A stretch of 64,000 bases of DNA, taken from assembly GCA_030704615.1 (NCBI GenBank), contig CM060731.1, positions 72,602,001-72,666,000 of the forward strand, in the 5' to 3' direction. The DNA comes from Takakia lepidozioides (lineage: Eukaryota > Plantae > Bryophyta). Below are positions 29,171 to 39,757 of the stretch, piece after piece. The first letter of the stretch is position 1. Each line of letters begins with the position of its first letter. The position numbers and the translations under genes are program-made. Below the pieces are notes generated by a model. The model searched no databases. It was given only the letters and a program-made list of their open reading frames with translations, and was not told the origin of the DNA.

Positions 29171-30036
29171 TTCTCTTCGACCAGTAGATGCCAATTAGAC
29201 GCTGCTCCATGACAATGCTGGGGGGTTTGAGGCTGCAGTGTCAAGCAGTCAACTGCTTGTAGGATAAGCAAGTTGATTCTTGTCATATGATCATGTCGGG
29301 GCTCTCTCTAGCAGCATTGTCGACTGAGCTTATGCCTAAGTCACCTGCATGATTCCACAATGGTGCTAGCCACATAGAATCTTGCAGACAGAATTAGGGT
29401 AAGTGACGGTGGTCCATGGGTTTGCCCACAACTCGCACTAACTGTTGAGGGCAGATGTGGGCCCCTGCATTGAACAATGCCTTGGAGAATCGCCTGTCAT
29501 CTGGCTTTTCAGCCTTTTGTCGGTGAGGGGTTGACGTAGTTGACCTACTTAAGGGTTTTGGAGTTGTTCAATCTATTTTTTCTCTCCTGCAGTCATGTGA
29601 GAAATGTTAGTGCCTCCCAAGTGTATGCAAGGTGTCCAGACTTGAGTCTAATTGGTTTCCAATGCTAATTTGCTGCAGACAGGGTCATTATGCAGTCACC
29701 TGTGGTTCAAGATTAGCATTTAGTCTCCAGGCAGCTCTGCCTTGCAACGATGCCTTCCACCAGCATTTCCCTTCCTTGTGTAGATCACAGGTCGGGCCCC
29801 TACTCACAACATCACTCCAATCAGCAGCATAGCTCTTCAGTTACAGGTCAAACGCAGAGTGCTTTGTGGAGTAGGAGGGTTCAATCATGCAACAAGCAAG
29901 ATTATAGCAGTTTTTCAAGTAGAGTGTCTTTGTCATTGGCCAGGCTCCATGGTAGAAACCAATTGAAAATTTAAAAATATCATATAAAGAACATTCATAA
30001 TACAAATCTGTCAGTTGTATCAAACCTCCCGTTCAT

Positions 30037-30200
30037 TTGTATTCTCGTGCATGTGCCAGCCAAGTAGCCCTGGAAAAGGGCAAAGAGGTTGATGCTGTCA
30101 TCACCCAAGCTGGGATTGCCCCAGATATCATTCCGGAGACTACTCTAGTTGACATGTATGCCAAATGTGGGAGTATGAAGGATGCATTATCAGCATGTGG
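30037..30200 (+). pseudogene. Single PPR (L/S) repeat fragment
   Basis: ACASQVALEKGKEV..TLVDMYAKCGSMKDA. Confidence 0.65.
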
Positions 30201-30574
30201 TAGCCTCAGCAACAATCCACCATTTTTTTGAAAAACAAAGAAACACATGATGTATGTAGGTAACACTATGGGGACGACCCACCCCTTTTTATGCTTCCCA
30301 AACTCTGGGGATACCGAAGAGGAGGGACCAGCAGGATTTCAGCCCTCTTTCCATTGAAAAATAAAAATAATATGGTAACTTCGGCAACACTCCGCCGTTC
30401 TTCTTCCGGAAAACAATGAAATATGGGATGTATGTATGTAATACCATGGGGATGACCCACCCCTTTTTGTGAAAAATTGAACGTAGTTCTCAGAATTCGT
30501 CGCTAGTAGTGCGGAGCAACGCAAAGCCCTACTATCTATCTAGCCATTTTATCTTAGGAAATTGTTGTCCAACA

Positions 30575-30775
30575 GCCAGTAGCTCAATTGGATAGTGCAC
30601 TAAGTGCCACCCAGATGTTTCCGGGGTCCAATCCTGCTACCTTGACTAGTGGGGTATGTTTCTTCTCCCATGCAAAAGCCTTCAAGGAGAGGTCACTGTG
30701 AAAGAGCTTATTTTCTCCTCACTATAATTAAGAGGCCTGATTTGTGAGTTGTCGCTCCTGGGTGTTTTCCTTTAT
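30575..30775 (+). mobile_element. tRNA-derived SINE
   Basis: Pol III A-box-like TAGCTCAATTGG (~30580) and B-box-like GGTCCAATCC (~30625), followed by a body shared with 14300-14422. No intact cloverleaf. Confidence 0.55.
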
Positions 30776-31909
30776 TGGCTCTGTCCCCAAGGGATAGAGG
30801 CATTGTGGAGATATCTTGGGGGGGGGAGAAGGGAGAACTAGGCTTATCCATTAAGCCTAAACTACCTAGTCTATGGAGGGTTGATGGGCATGATTCATGA
30901 AGCCGTGGAAAAAGTATGACTTACAACAACGAAGGGACGAGGAAGGACAGAGCCTCTTGGAGCCGCAAAAACAAAAAAAACGGATGCCTCTCCACTTCAA
31001 CTTTTTTGAGACTTTTTCACAGATTTTTTTCCTTAGGGGATAGAGGCCATGGGAGACTTTATTTGGAATTACTGTTTCCCTATGAACTCTTAGTTGCCAC
31101 TGACTGCAAACTGCATATCATACTTTATTGCAAATCAATGTTGCTGCACGTTTGCTCTCAAGGCCCAATTTGTGGGCTCAATTCCATGCATGAACAATTT
31201 AAAAATGGTGTGAGACACCCTAGGTGGACCTGAGACCTGTCCCCTTTCTTTAAACCAGATCCAACATCTGTGAAACATGAATCAAAAATCACTTTCTATG
31301 GTTGCCAGGTTACAATCTCCACGTCTGTTTTGCAGCCTGCCTTCACTTCTGTTTCGATCTTGTGTTGGTTGGCAGCCAAAAGATGAGCTGCCTCTAAGTG
31401 TATGGCTGCCCATGCGGCTTTCACATGTCGCCGCTGTGTTCGAGTAGACCCAACAGCAAAGCGCACAGTGTACACACCCCCTAACACCTGCATATTACCA
31501 CCACCACTCAGTCCCTTCACACGGCCTATTGCCTATGACCACACATATAAGCACAACAAATGCCGAACATCCCTTTTGACAGGGAAGAAAAAGCCCAGTC
31601 CCCCTCAGTGCCCAGGAGTTTTAAGTAGTTGAATCTCTCTCCCAATCTCATGTCCCTTGCACTTTGGGGGGCCCAAGGATTTGTGAATATCTATCCCATT
31701 CTTTCTGTCTCCCTCCCTCCACCCACTCCCAAAAGGTCTGAGGTTAGGTTGCAAATCTGAGTCATGTCACATTCACTAGAAAATACTCCTTGACAGCTCC
31801 AACTATTACAGAACAAATCTTGCTAGTAGCCAATGAACTTCCAATATTGCAAAGGTGAGGAGTCTACCGTGTGGGTAACGAAGATGCTGCCTTTTCTGTT
31901 CAAAGCTTC

Positions 31910-32235
31910 TGTCAAGTTATTTTACCACTAGTGTGAAACTAGCTAGGAAATAGCTATCTTTTACATATTGACATTTGGGATTGGCCCAAGTGTCAATCCA
32001 GGGGTCAAGGCAGATTTAGGCCCTGGAGTGGTTATCTTCACGGCAAGCGCGGGAGGCTCATCTTTCTCGAGTTGAGCCTCACCGCGCCTAGCTATGGCGC
32101 CGTAGTGTGGATTCCCCATGGCGTGGGGTGCACTTGGCTTGACTTGTATTTGAGTGATGAGGTTATATATGCATGAGTTTATGCTTCAGCTTTGTGAGCT
32201 CTCATGAGCTTGTGCTTGTATTCTTCTTCTTTATC
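31910..32235 (+). repeat. Terminal repeat A1 (326 bp)
   Basis: Identical by eye to 42001-42326. Confidence 0.95.
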
Positions 32236-33771
32236 ACTCGAGAAAGATCAGCTCGTATCTATGAGTGCTAGATACGAGTTAGTTGTAGCACTTGTGGTTT
32301 TTGCTTGAGATTGAGAGAAACCAAGTTGTTATGCAAGGAGCACCATGGAACTCTTGGTTGTTAGAAGCGGAGGCGATGTGGGTTACGAGGTGGTAGACCT
32401 TGGCATTCGATCTTCAGCTTCAGAGATGAAAGCACCATGCTGCAGGTAACTCCAGAGCACCTTGATGGTTTCAGATTGTGTACATGCATGAGCAAGCACG
32501 ATTGGGAAGAGGACCAGTCAAGAGCAGGTTATAGTGGCTTTGGTGGCAAAGCTGAGAACTGGACCTGGGAATGCGAGCTTTCATTGTGTGAAGGATTGCA
32601 AGACCAAGCGAAAGGGCTGATTTGGCTTGGGGCAAATCAATGCACTTTGTGGAGTATGGTGAGATTGGGTTCCAATCTCGAGATTCAGCATTGAGAGGGC
32701 TCTTGTCATGGCAAGAGCAGGGCTGGAATAGGAGCTAAGAGGTGCGGCAAGGCCATGGAATGTGCACCTGGGTTTCAGAGCTTGGAAGAAGAGCTCTTGC
32801 ACCACAAAAGAAGTGTCTTGTGGCTGGAAATGTAAGCCTTAGGGTTTCAGGAGCTTGGCAAAGGCTGTGGAGTGCTTAGTCTTGTCTTAGAGAGCATCAA
32901 GGAGCCAAGGAGCCAAGATAGGGGGCTGATATCTCTTGTGTGAAGAGGTTGCATGTGTGGAGCATGTATTCAGCTCATTGAAGCTTCCATCTTCAAGCTT
33001 GGAGGGCAAGCAAGGAAGAGGGAAGGGCTGACTTCCCTTATGTGAGGGCAATGTATGTGTGGAGCATGCTATCAGCCTGGTGAAGGCTTGCACTTTTAGG
33101 TGTGGGAGTGCAAGGAAGGAAGGAAGGGGCTGGTTTCCCTGTAGGGCATGTAGAGCATGCTTTCAGCCTGCTGAAGCTTGTATTTTCAGGTTTGTGGGTG
33201 CAAGAAATGAAGCAAAGGAGCTGATTCTCTTATGGTGAGAGTGGGGCATGTGTGGAGCATGCCTTCAGCCCATTGAGGCTCTTGTTTTCAAGCCTTAGAG
33301 AGCTAGAACGGAAGGTCTAGGGCTGGTTTCCACTTGGAGTGAAAGAAAAGCACTTGTAGGGCCTATGTGAGTTGGGGTTTCAACTTCAAGCTTGAAGGGA
33401 GCGCAACTCTTGAAGCAACAGATGTAGAGGGCTGGAATAGGCTCTAAGACAGATGTTATGGCCAATGAGAGTGCTTGAATGAGTGCTCACAAAGGCTGGG
33501 AACCAGCAGGGCTTGGTTGTTTGCCATTGAGTTTAGTGGCATGTTTGGGGAGGCTAAGTGAGAAAGAAGGCTTGGTTTGTGGCAACCACCTCATGGCTTA
33601 GGGCTACTATGGTGGTGTGTGGGAGCCGAAAGAGCAAGGATACCTTGCTGATTTCCTCACAGCCACCATAGCTCGGTGGAAAGAAGCCTAGAGTCCAAGA
33701 GACACAAACCCTAGCTTGGCGTGGCTAAACCCCTTGGAGAAATGGCTAAACTGCCAGAGCGGCCATGTGTG

Positions 33772-35450
33772 GGGCTGTGACAGGCTGTGGCAAGCTGTGA
33801 CAGGCTGTGCCCTGTGCCCTGTGGGGCTGTGACGGGCTGTGACGGGCTGTGACAGGCTGTGCCCAGTGGCCTGTGGGGCTGTGACGGGCTGTGATGGGCT
33901 GTGATGGGCTGTGACAGGCTGTGCCCTGTGCCCTGTGGGGCTGTGACGGGCTGTGTCAGGCTGTGACAGGCTGTGCCCAGTGGCCTTTGGGGCTGTGACG
34001 GGCTGTGCGGGGCTGTGACAGGCTGTGCCCTGAGGCCTGTGGGGCTGTGACGGGCTGTGACAGGCTGTGGCGAGCTGTGACAGGCTGTGCCCTGTGCCCT
34101 GTGGGGCTGTGACGGGCTGTGTCAGGCTGTGGCGAGCTGTGAGGGCTGTGACAGGCCGTGCCTGAGGCCTTTGAGGCTATGAGGGGCTGTGACAGGCCGT
34201 GCCTGAGGCCTTTGAGGCTGTGACGGGCTGTGAGGGGCTGTGACAGGCCGTGCCTGAGGCCTTTGGGGCTGTGACGGGCTGTGACGGGCTGTGACAGGCC
34301 GTGCCTGAGGCCTTTGGGGCTGTGACGGGCTGTGAGGGGCTGTGACAGGCTGTGCCCTGTGCCCTGTGGGGCTGTGACGGGCTGTGTCAGGCTGTGGCGA
34401 GCTGTGACGGGCTGTGACGGGCTGTGCCCAGTGGCCTGTGGGGCTGTGACGGGCTGTGACGAGCTGTGGCAAGCTGTGACAGGCTGTGATGGGCTGTGAC
34501 AGGCTGTGCCCTGTGCCCTGTGGAGCTGTGACGGGCTGTGATGGGCTGTGACAGGCTGTGCCCTCTGGCCTGTGGGGCTGTGACGGGCTGTGACAGGCTG
34601 TGGCAAGCTGTGACAGGCTGTGATGGCTGTGATGGGCTGTGACAGGCTGTGCCCTGTGCCCTGTGGGGCTGTGACGGGCTGTGTCAGGCTGTGATAGGCT
34701 GTGTCAGGCTGTGACAGGCTGTGCCCAGTGGCCTTTGGGGCTGTGACGGGCTGTGCGGGCTGTGACAGGCTGTGCCCTGAGGCCTGTGGGGCTGTGACGG
34801 GCTGTGACAGGCTGTGCCCATGGCCTTTGGGGCTGTGACGGGCTGTGAGGGGCTGTGACAAGCAGTGCCCATGGCCTTTGGGGCTGTGACGGGCTGTGAG
34901 GGGCTGTGACAGGCCGTGCCCATGGCCTTTGGGGCTGTGACGGGCTGTGAGGGGCTGTGACAGGCCGTGCCTGAGGCCTTTGAGGCTGTGAGGGTTGTGA
35001 GGGGCTGTGACAGGCCGTGCCTGAGGCCTTTGAGGCTGTGACGGGCTGTGATGGGTTGTGGCAAGCTGTGACAGGCTGTGATGGGCTGTGACAGGCTGTG
35101 CCCTGTGCCCTGTGAGGCTGTGAGGGGCTGTGAGGGGCTGTGACAGGCCGTGCCCATGGCCTTTGGGGCTGTGACGGGCTGTGAGGGGCTGTGATAGGCC
35201 GTGCCTGAGGCCTTTGAGGCTGTGAGGGGCTGTGAGGGGCTGTGACAGGCCGTGCTTGAGGCCTTTGAGGCTGTGACGGGCTGTGAGGGGCTGTGACAGG
35301 CCGTGCCTGAGGCCTTTGGGGCTGTGACGGGCTGTGAGGGGCTGTGAGGGGCTGTGACAGGCCGTGCCTGAGGCCTTTGAGGCTGTGACAGGCTGTGAGG
35401 GGCTGCGACAGGCTGTGCCTAGTGGCCTGTGGGACTGTGACGGCTGTGAC
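33772..35450. repeat. ~1.7-kb array of 10-bp GGCTGTGAC(A/G)-type units with higher-order variants, inside the retroelement leader
   Basis: Continuous ggctgtgacg/ggctgtgaca/ggctgtgagg units punctuated by gccctgtgccctgtgg and gcctgaggcctttg spacers. Confidence 0.95.
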
Positions 35451-36187
35451 CAGTGAGCTGTGTGGGCCTGTGCTGGTCTGTGGTGGACCGTGTTGACTTG
35501 TGGACGGCCTGTGCTGACTCGTGGAGGCACTGGTGGACTGCCTAAGGACTGGCATGTGGTCTGGAAGGCCGAATTTTGAAGCTCGTGGAGGGCGGTTTGA
35601 GGAGTATCTTCATGATATTCCCATGGTCATGCAAGTGAGGGTAGAGAGGAGAGGCAGAGTGTTGGGATGAGAGCATGCTGGGGTTAGGCATTGCTTTAGC
35701 TTCTCTTCCTCGTAGTTTCCACCCTCTCATTAGGCCAAGACCTTTCCGTAGGTGGAGGCAAGAGTCAGTCCGGGTTTGGGCTGGGGTGTCCTTGCAGGAG
35801 CAACACCGTGGAGTTGTTTTTGGTGTGGGGGAGTTGTCGATCTGATTTCTTGTGTTTGGATCCCCTCCATACCTGCATGCTTGACTGTGCGCCATGCTAG
35901 TTTTGTGTGGGCGCTTGTTTTTATAGGTGATTGGTCCGGATTTGATCACCGGCCAGTCCTAGAGCATGCTGTCGATGGTGAGGCTAGGGTGATGACCAGC
36001 CAGACCATCATTGTTTCTCCTGTGGTGAGGTTGGAGGTGATGACCAGCCAACCATATGAGTGCTTGCGGTGGATGCAGGTACAGGTGTAGGCTATGTTAG
36101 GAACTTAGTATTCCAAACCATAAGCCGCAACAGGTTCTCTACCCGGTTACCTTGTGGAGAGGGGGTTAGGGACATGTTCATGACCGG

Positions 36188-38340
36188 TTGAGTGTCAACA
36201 CGGAGGTGCCACTAGTTGCTGGGGATAGTGCCGGTTCGAGCACTAGCGATACTAGTGGGTACACGAGACGAGGTGTACGGTTTAGGCCACCTTCACCTCA
36301 TGTGTCTTCCACGGAAGGTTCTGATTCGGATTGTGAATCAGGAGGACTCATACCGGCGGTGCAAGTTGTTTCTTTGCCATTGTTGTGGGACACAATGGAG
36401 GAGATGTATGGAGCTACCAAGGGCCACGAAGGTACTCTGGGGCGGTGGGCACCATCGAGTTGGATGATTTTATCCAAGAGTTTGATAGTTGGTGTGATTT
36501 GCAGCAAATGCGCAATCCACAACTATTTACGCCTTTCATGGCATGGAAGGGGCTGTTTCAGCACCTTGAGGGGCCGCCTATGGATGATTACCATGAGTTC
36601 AGGCGGGGGCATGAGGTTGAGATCGAGGAGTGGAGGATGTACTGGTCACCCGACTATGTCTCCATCACTAGGGGCACTAGAGCCACGAGGGCAGTGGCTA
36701 CACCTGCCGCTGCACCGGCAGCTTCAGCAAGCAGCAGTGGGACTGGTGGTACAGTAGCTACGACGTCCACCCAAGCCACTACCGCACCAGCACTAGCACC
36801 CGTGCCTGCCTTCAACCCTGTTGTGGAGTTCTTCGAAGAGTTGAGAGGGAACTACCAAGGGGTGAGGACAGAGAAGTTGCGGAGCTTGCAAGAGTTCCAA
36901 CGGAAGCCGACCGAGAGCTTGAGGAAGGCTTTCACTCGCATGAGGCGCTTGATAAATGTAACCCAAGGGGTTACGGAAGCTCAGGCAGTCCAATTCTGGT
37001 ATGGGATATTGGACAAGGAGCTGAGGAGAAGGGTGCGGGATGCAACTCTCCTACAAGCGGCCCAACCCACCTTAGCAAATGTGTTTTTGCTGGCAGAGCG
37101 GATAGAGCTCAACATGGTGGAGGAACGAGTGGTCATGGTGGGATTTGCTAAGGAGACACCACGGGGTAGTGGTGCTCCTAGCCAACCACTACCTCAACGT
37201 GGTCAAGGCAACAAGGGGGCTCAGGTGAAGCTCAGGGAAGGGCAGAGAGGACCTCAGATGCAGGGGTCTCTCTCTTCATTTGCTGGCCAACAACGGGCGG
37301 ATGTGGTGTGTTGGACATGTGGAGGACCCCATGTCAAGAAGGATTGTCCAGAGGGAGGCAAAGGGCCGGCACATGCACAGCCTGCACAGTTACAGTGTGG
37401 GCATTGTGGCAAACACGGGCATGGAGAGGCTCAGTGTTATGGTTTGCATCCTGAGTTGCGCCCAGGCCAGTTCCAAGGGAACAATGGTGGCCGGGGGCGA
37501 GGTGGAGCAGCCTAGAGGGGACGAGGTGGCCAGCCACGAGGCCAAGGGCAAGCTCAACGTGGCCAAGGACGCGGAGGTCAGGGTGTTGACCAAGGCATGG
37601 CCAACCGGCTTCAGCAGCTAGAGCAGAGGCTCGCTGCCATGGCTACAGCTCAGGTGGTACCGGCTCTAAGGCCGGATGGTCCACCTCCTGCTCCTGAGGG
37701 AGGAGATATGGGAGGCATGGGATTCATGTGTGGAGCAGCACTACCACTAGTGCAGGTGGAGTCTGCTGCAGCCGTGACTCGAGGAGCAGCACGAGTTCCT
37801 GAGCCACGAGGTGCAGAGGTGGAGTTGGATCCACAGCGTGGGGAGGCAAGCCGTCAGGCTAGGCTTCCTCAGTCATTCACATTGGCGGAGACAGTGTCGA
37901 CGCCATCCATGGCACCTAGTTCTCGCCCGACTGTTACCGAGGCGGAGGTTACTATGCCATTGGGGAGAGCTACAAGGGTAGCACCACTACCTAGCGTTGC
38001 CAAGGCTACGGCAGCTAGTGTGCTGCTAGGAGCGGCCATATCTGTGTGCCAGGCTCCATTGTTCTCGGCTACCATGATTGCGACGCCGGGGGTAAGACCA
38101 GCTGAGGTGTTCAGGCTGGCAGCTACACTCTGTGAGAGTGGGGAGGTTACTTCATCTTCTGCGGAGATAGTAGGAGGTGTAGTGCCGGAGGGATCCTCGG
38201 ATTTGAGGGTTAAGACTGCCACGGCGGCGCCATGGCAAGCTGCAGCTGCCAGGTTGATGGAGCTGCCAGCTAGGCCAGCCATTGAGCGCGCCATGGTGAC
38301 ACCTGGAGTTGTCATGTTAGACAACCAGGATGGCATTTTT
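36188..38340 (+). CDS. Gag-like polyprotein region with two zinc knuckles (disrupted)
   Basis: CWTCGGPHVKKDC and CGHCGKHGHGEAQC. A 1-nt frameshift at ~36421 (the second copy reads MYGATKGPRRYS in frame). In-frame TAG at 37513-37515 where the second copy has Gln; the same frame continues from 37597. Confidence 0.8.
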
Positions 38341-38730
38341 CTGTTTGAGTGGACCGGCAGGCAAGAGGTACCGGCCACTGCGGGTCTTGTTGGACTCGGG
38401 AGCTCAGCCATTGATGCTGGGCAGAGCTGCTATTGCAGGCTTGGGCCTCACGGAGGCGGATATGGAGCCTTGTCCTTTCCAGATACAGACGTCTTTGGGA
38501 GGATCGGAGCAGGCTCGGGGCATGACACGGCGTGAGTTGGCTATCAGACTACGGCCAGATCACCCCATTGTGACAGACGCAGTCTCATACGATGTCCTGG
38601 TTGGTGGGGCAGTGTTGTACCCCATGGGCTTCACCCTGGATTTTTGGGAGGAATCAGCTTCCTATAGGCCTGCATGGCAGTCAGGGGAGGGCCGGCGTGT
38701 GCAGCTCCCTGTGACGTTCATAGGAGGAGT
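38330..38730 (+). CDS. Retroviral-type aspartic protease domain
   Basis: VLLDSGAQPLMLG active-site motif and downstream YDVLVG. Confidence 0.8.
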
Positions 38731-39069
38731 TGCGGTTGCCCAGCGAGGCAAGATGCCGACACTAGCAGCATTCACAATGGCAGTGAGTTGGCCTAGAGAG
38801 TTGCTTGAGGGCAATGCTCATTCAGAGGATGTACCACCTCCGGGAGAGCAGGATGACATGTATGGTATGGCGGAGTTGCCTACCATGGTTGCTCAGACTC
38901 CATTGTGGGGCACGAGCCAGGATTTGCAGCGGGATGCTGATCGACGGGTGCAACAAGCCTGGGTGGAGGCTTTTGTACCGTCAGGAGAGGAGGAGAGTGT
39001 GGGGATTGCACCAGGACCACCTCAATTGTCTCCATTGGACACCACACCTATTGTGTGGCAGTATCCGGA

Positions 39070-39757
39070 TGAAGGCATTTGTCTTCTGGACTTGTTTGGC
39101 GGGATCAGCACCGGATTGGCTGCTGTGTTACAAGCAGGTGTACGAGTTCGGCGTTACCTGTATGTGGAGAGGGATGAGACTGCACGACGCGTTTCACTTC
39201 GCCATGTTGCTTAGTTGGTGCAGCGGTACCCTGAGTTGTTGTCGGTATCTGCAATTCGTGGATATCAGCAGGCCTTGCCAGCAGACATTTCGTTGCTGGG
39301 GGCGCAGGATTTGGAGCGGGTTGGCTCCATTGATCTGGTAGTGGCAGGTTGGCCCTGCCAAGGGCATTCATCAGCTGGGCATGGCAATGGATTGCGAGAC
39401 TCGAGGTCGGGTCTGTTTTGGGAGATGGTGCGGGTTTTGCGCCACTTGCAGCTTCATCAAGCTGTATCTCCAGCATACATCTTGGAGAATGTGCCACTGA
39501 TGGGCGATTCTCGGGCCAGGGTGATGGCCAGTGTGCATCAAGTCCGGTCGTGGCTTGGGTCAGCAGTGTTGCTAGATGCAGCTACAGTGGGGTCACGGGC
39601 TCATCGTCCACGGCTATGGTGGACTAACATGATGCCACCCGCACTGCTCAAGCGTGCATTTGATGGGGTGCAGCGGCCAGCACATCTCACAGTGGATAAC
39701 ATTCTGGACACAGGGAGGCAGTCTCAACGTGTGAGACACGATGACCGTTCGCCCTTG
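39070..39757 (+). CDS. C5 cytosine DNA methyltransferase domain, DNMT3/DRM-like; C-terminally truncated with one internal stop
   Basis: Motif I LLDLFGGISTG, II YLYVERD, III ADI, IV DLVVAGWPCQGHS, V SGLFWE, VI ILENV, VIII LDAA..AHRPRLWWTN. In frame with the protease. TAG at 39212-39214; motifs IX-X lost at the deletion. Confidence 0.9.

Noticed and set aside
30575-30645. tRNA gene
   Set aside because: A- and B-box-like motifs only; no acceptor or anticodon stems, and it continues into a repeated SINE-like body.
33956-35555. 524-aa and 283-aa minus-strand ORFs rich in SQP/TAH repeats
   Set aside because: By-products of a stop-free 10-bp tandem array: open in several frames and absent from the second family copy.
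38325-38345. Programmed gag-pol ribosomal frameshift
   Set aside because: The shift is +1 at a T run in a copy with many other lesions; it cannot be told from mutation or sequencing error without intact copies.
39070-39757. Bacterial restriction-modification methyltransferase or contamination
   Set aside because: The domain is in frame within a retroelement Pol inserted in a spliced plant gene, its motifs are DNMT3-like, and no endonuclease partner is seen.
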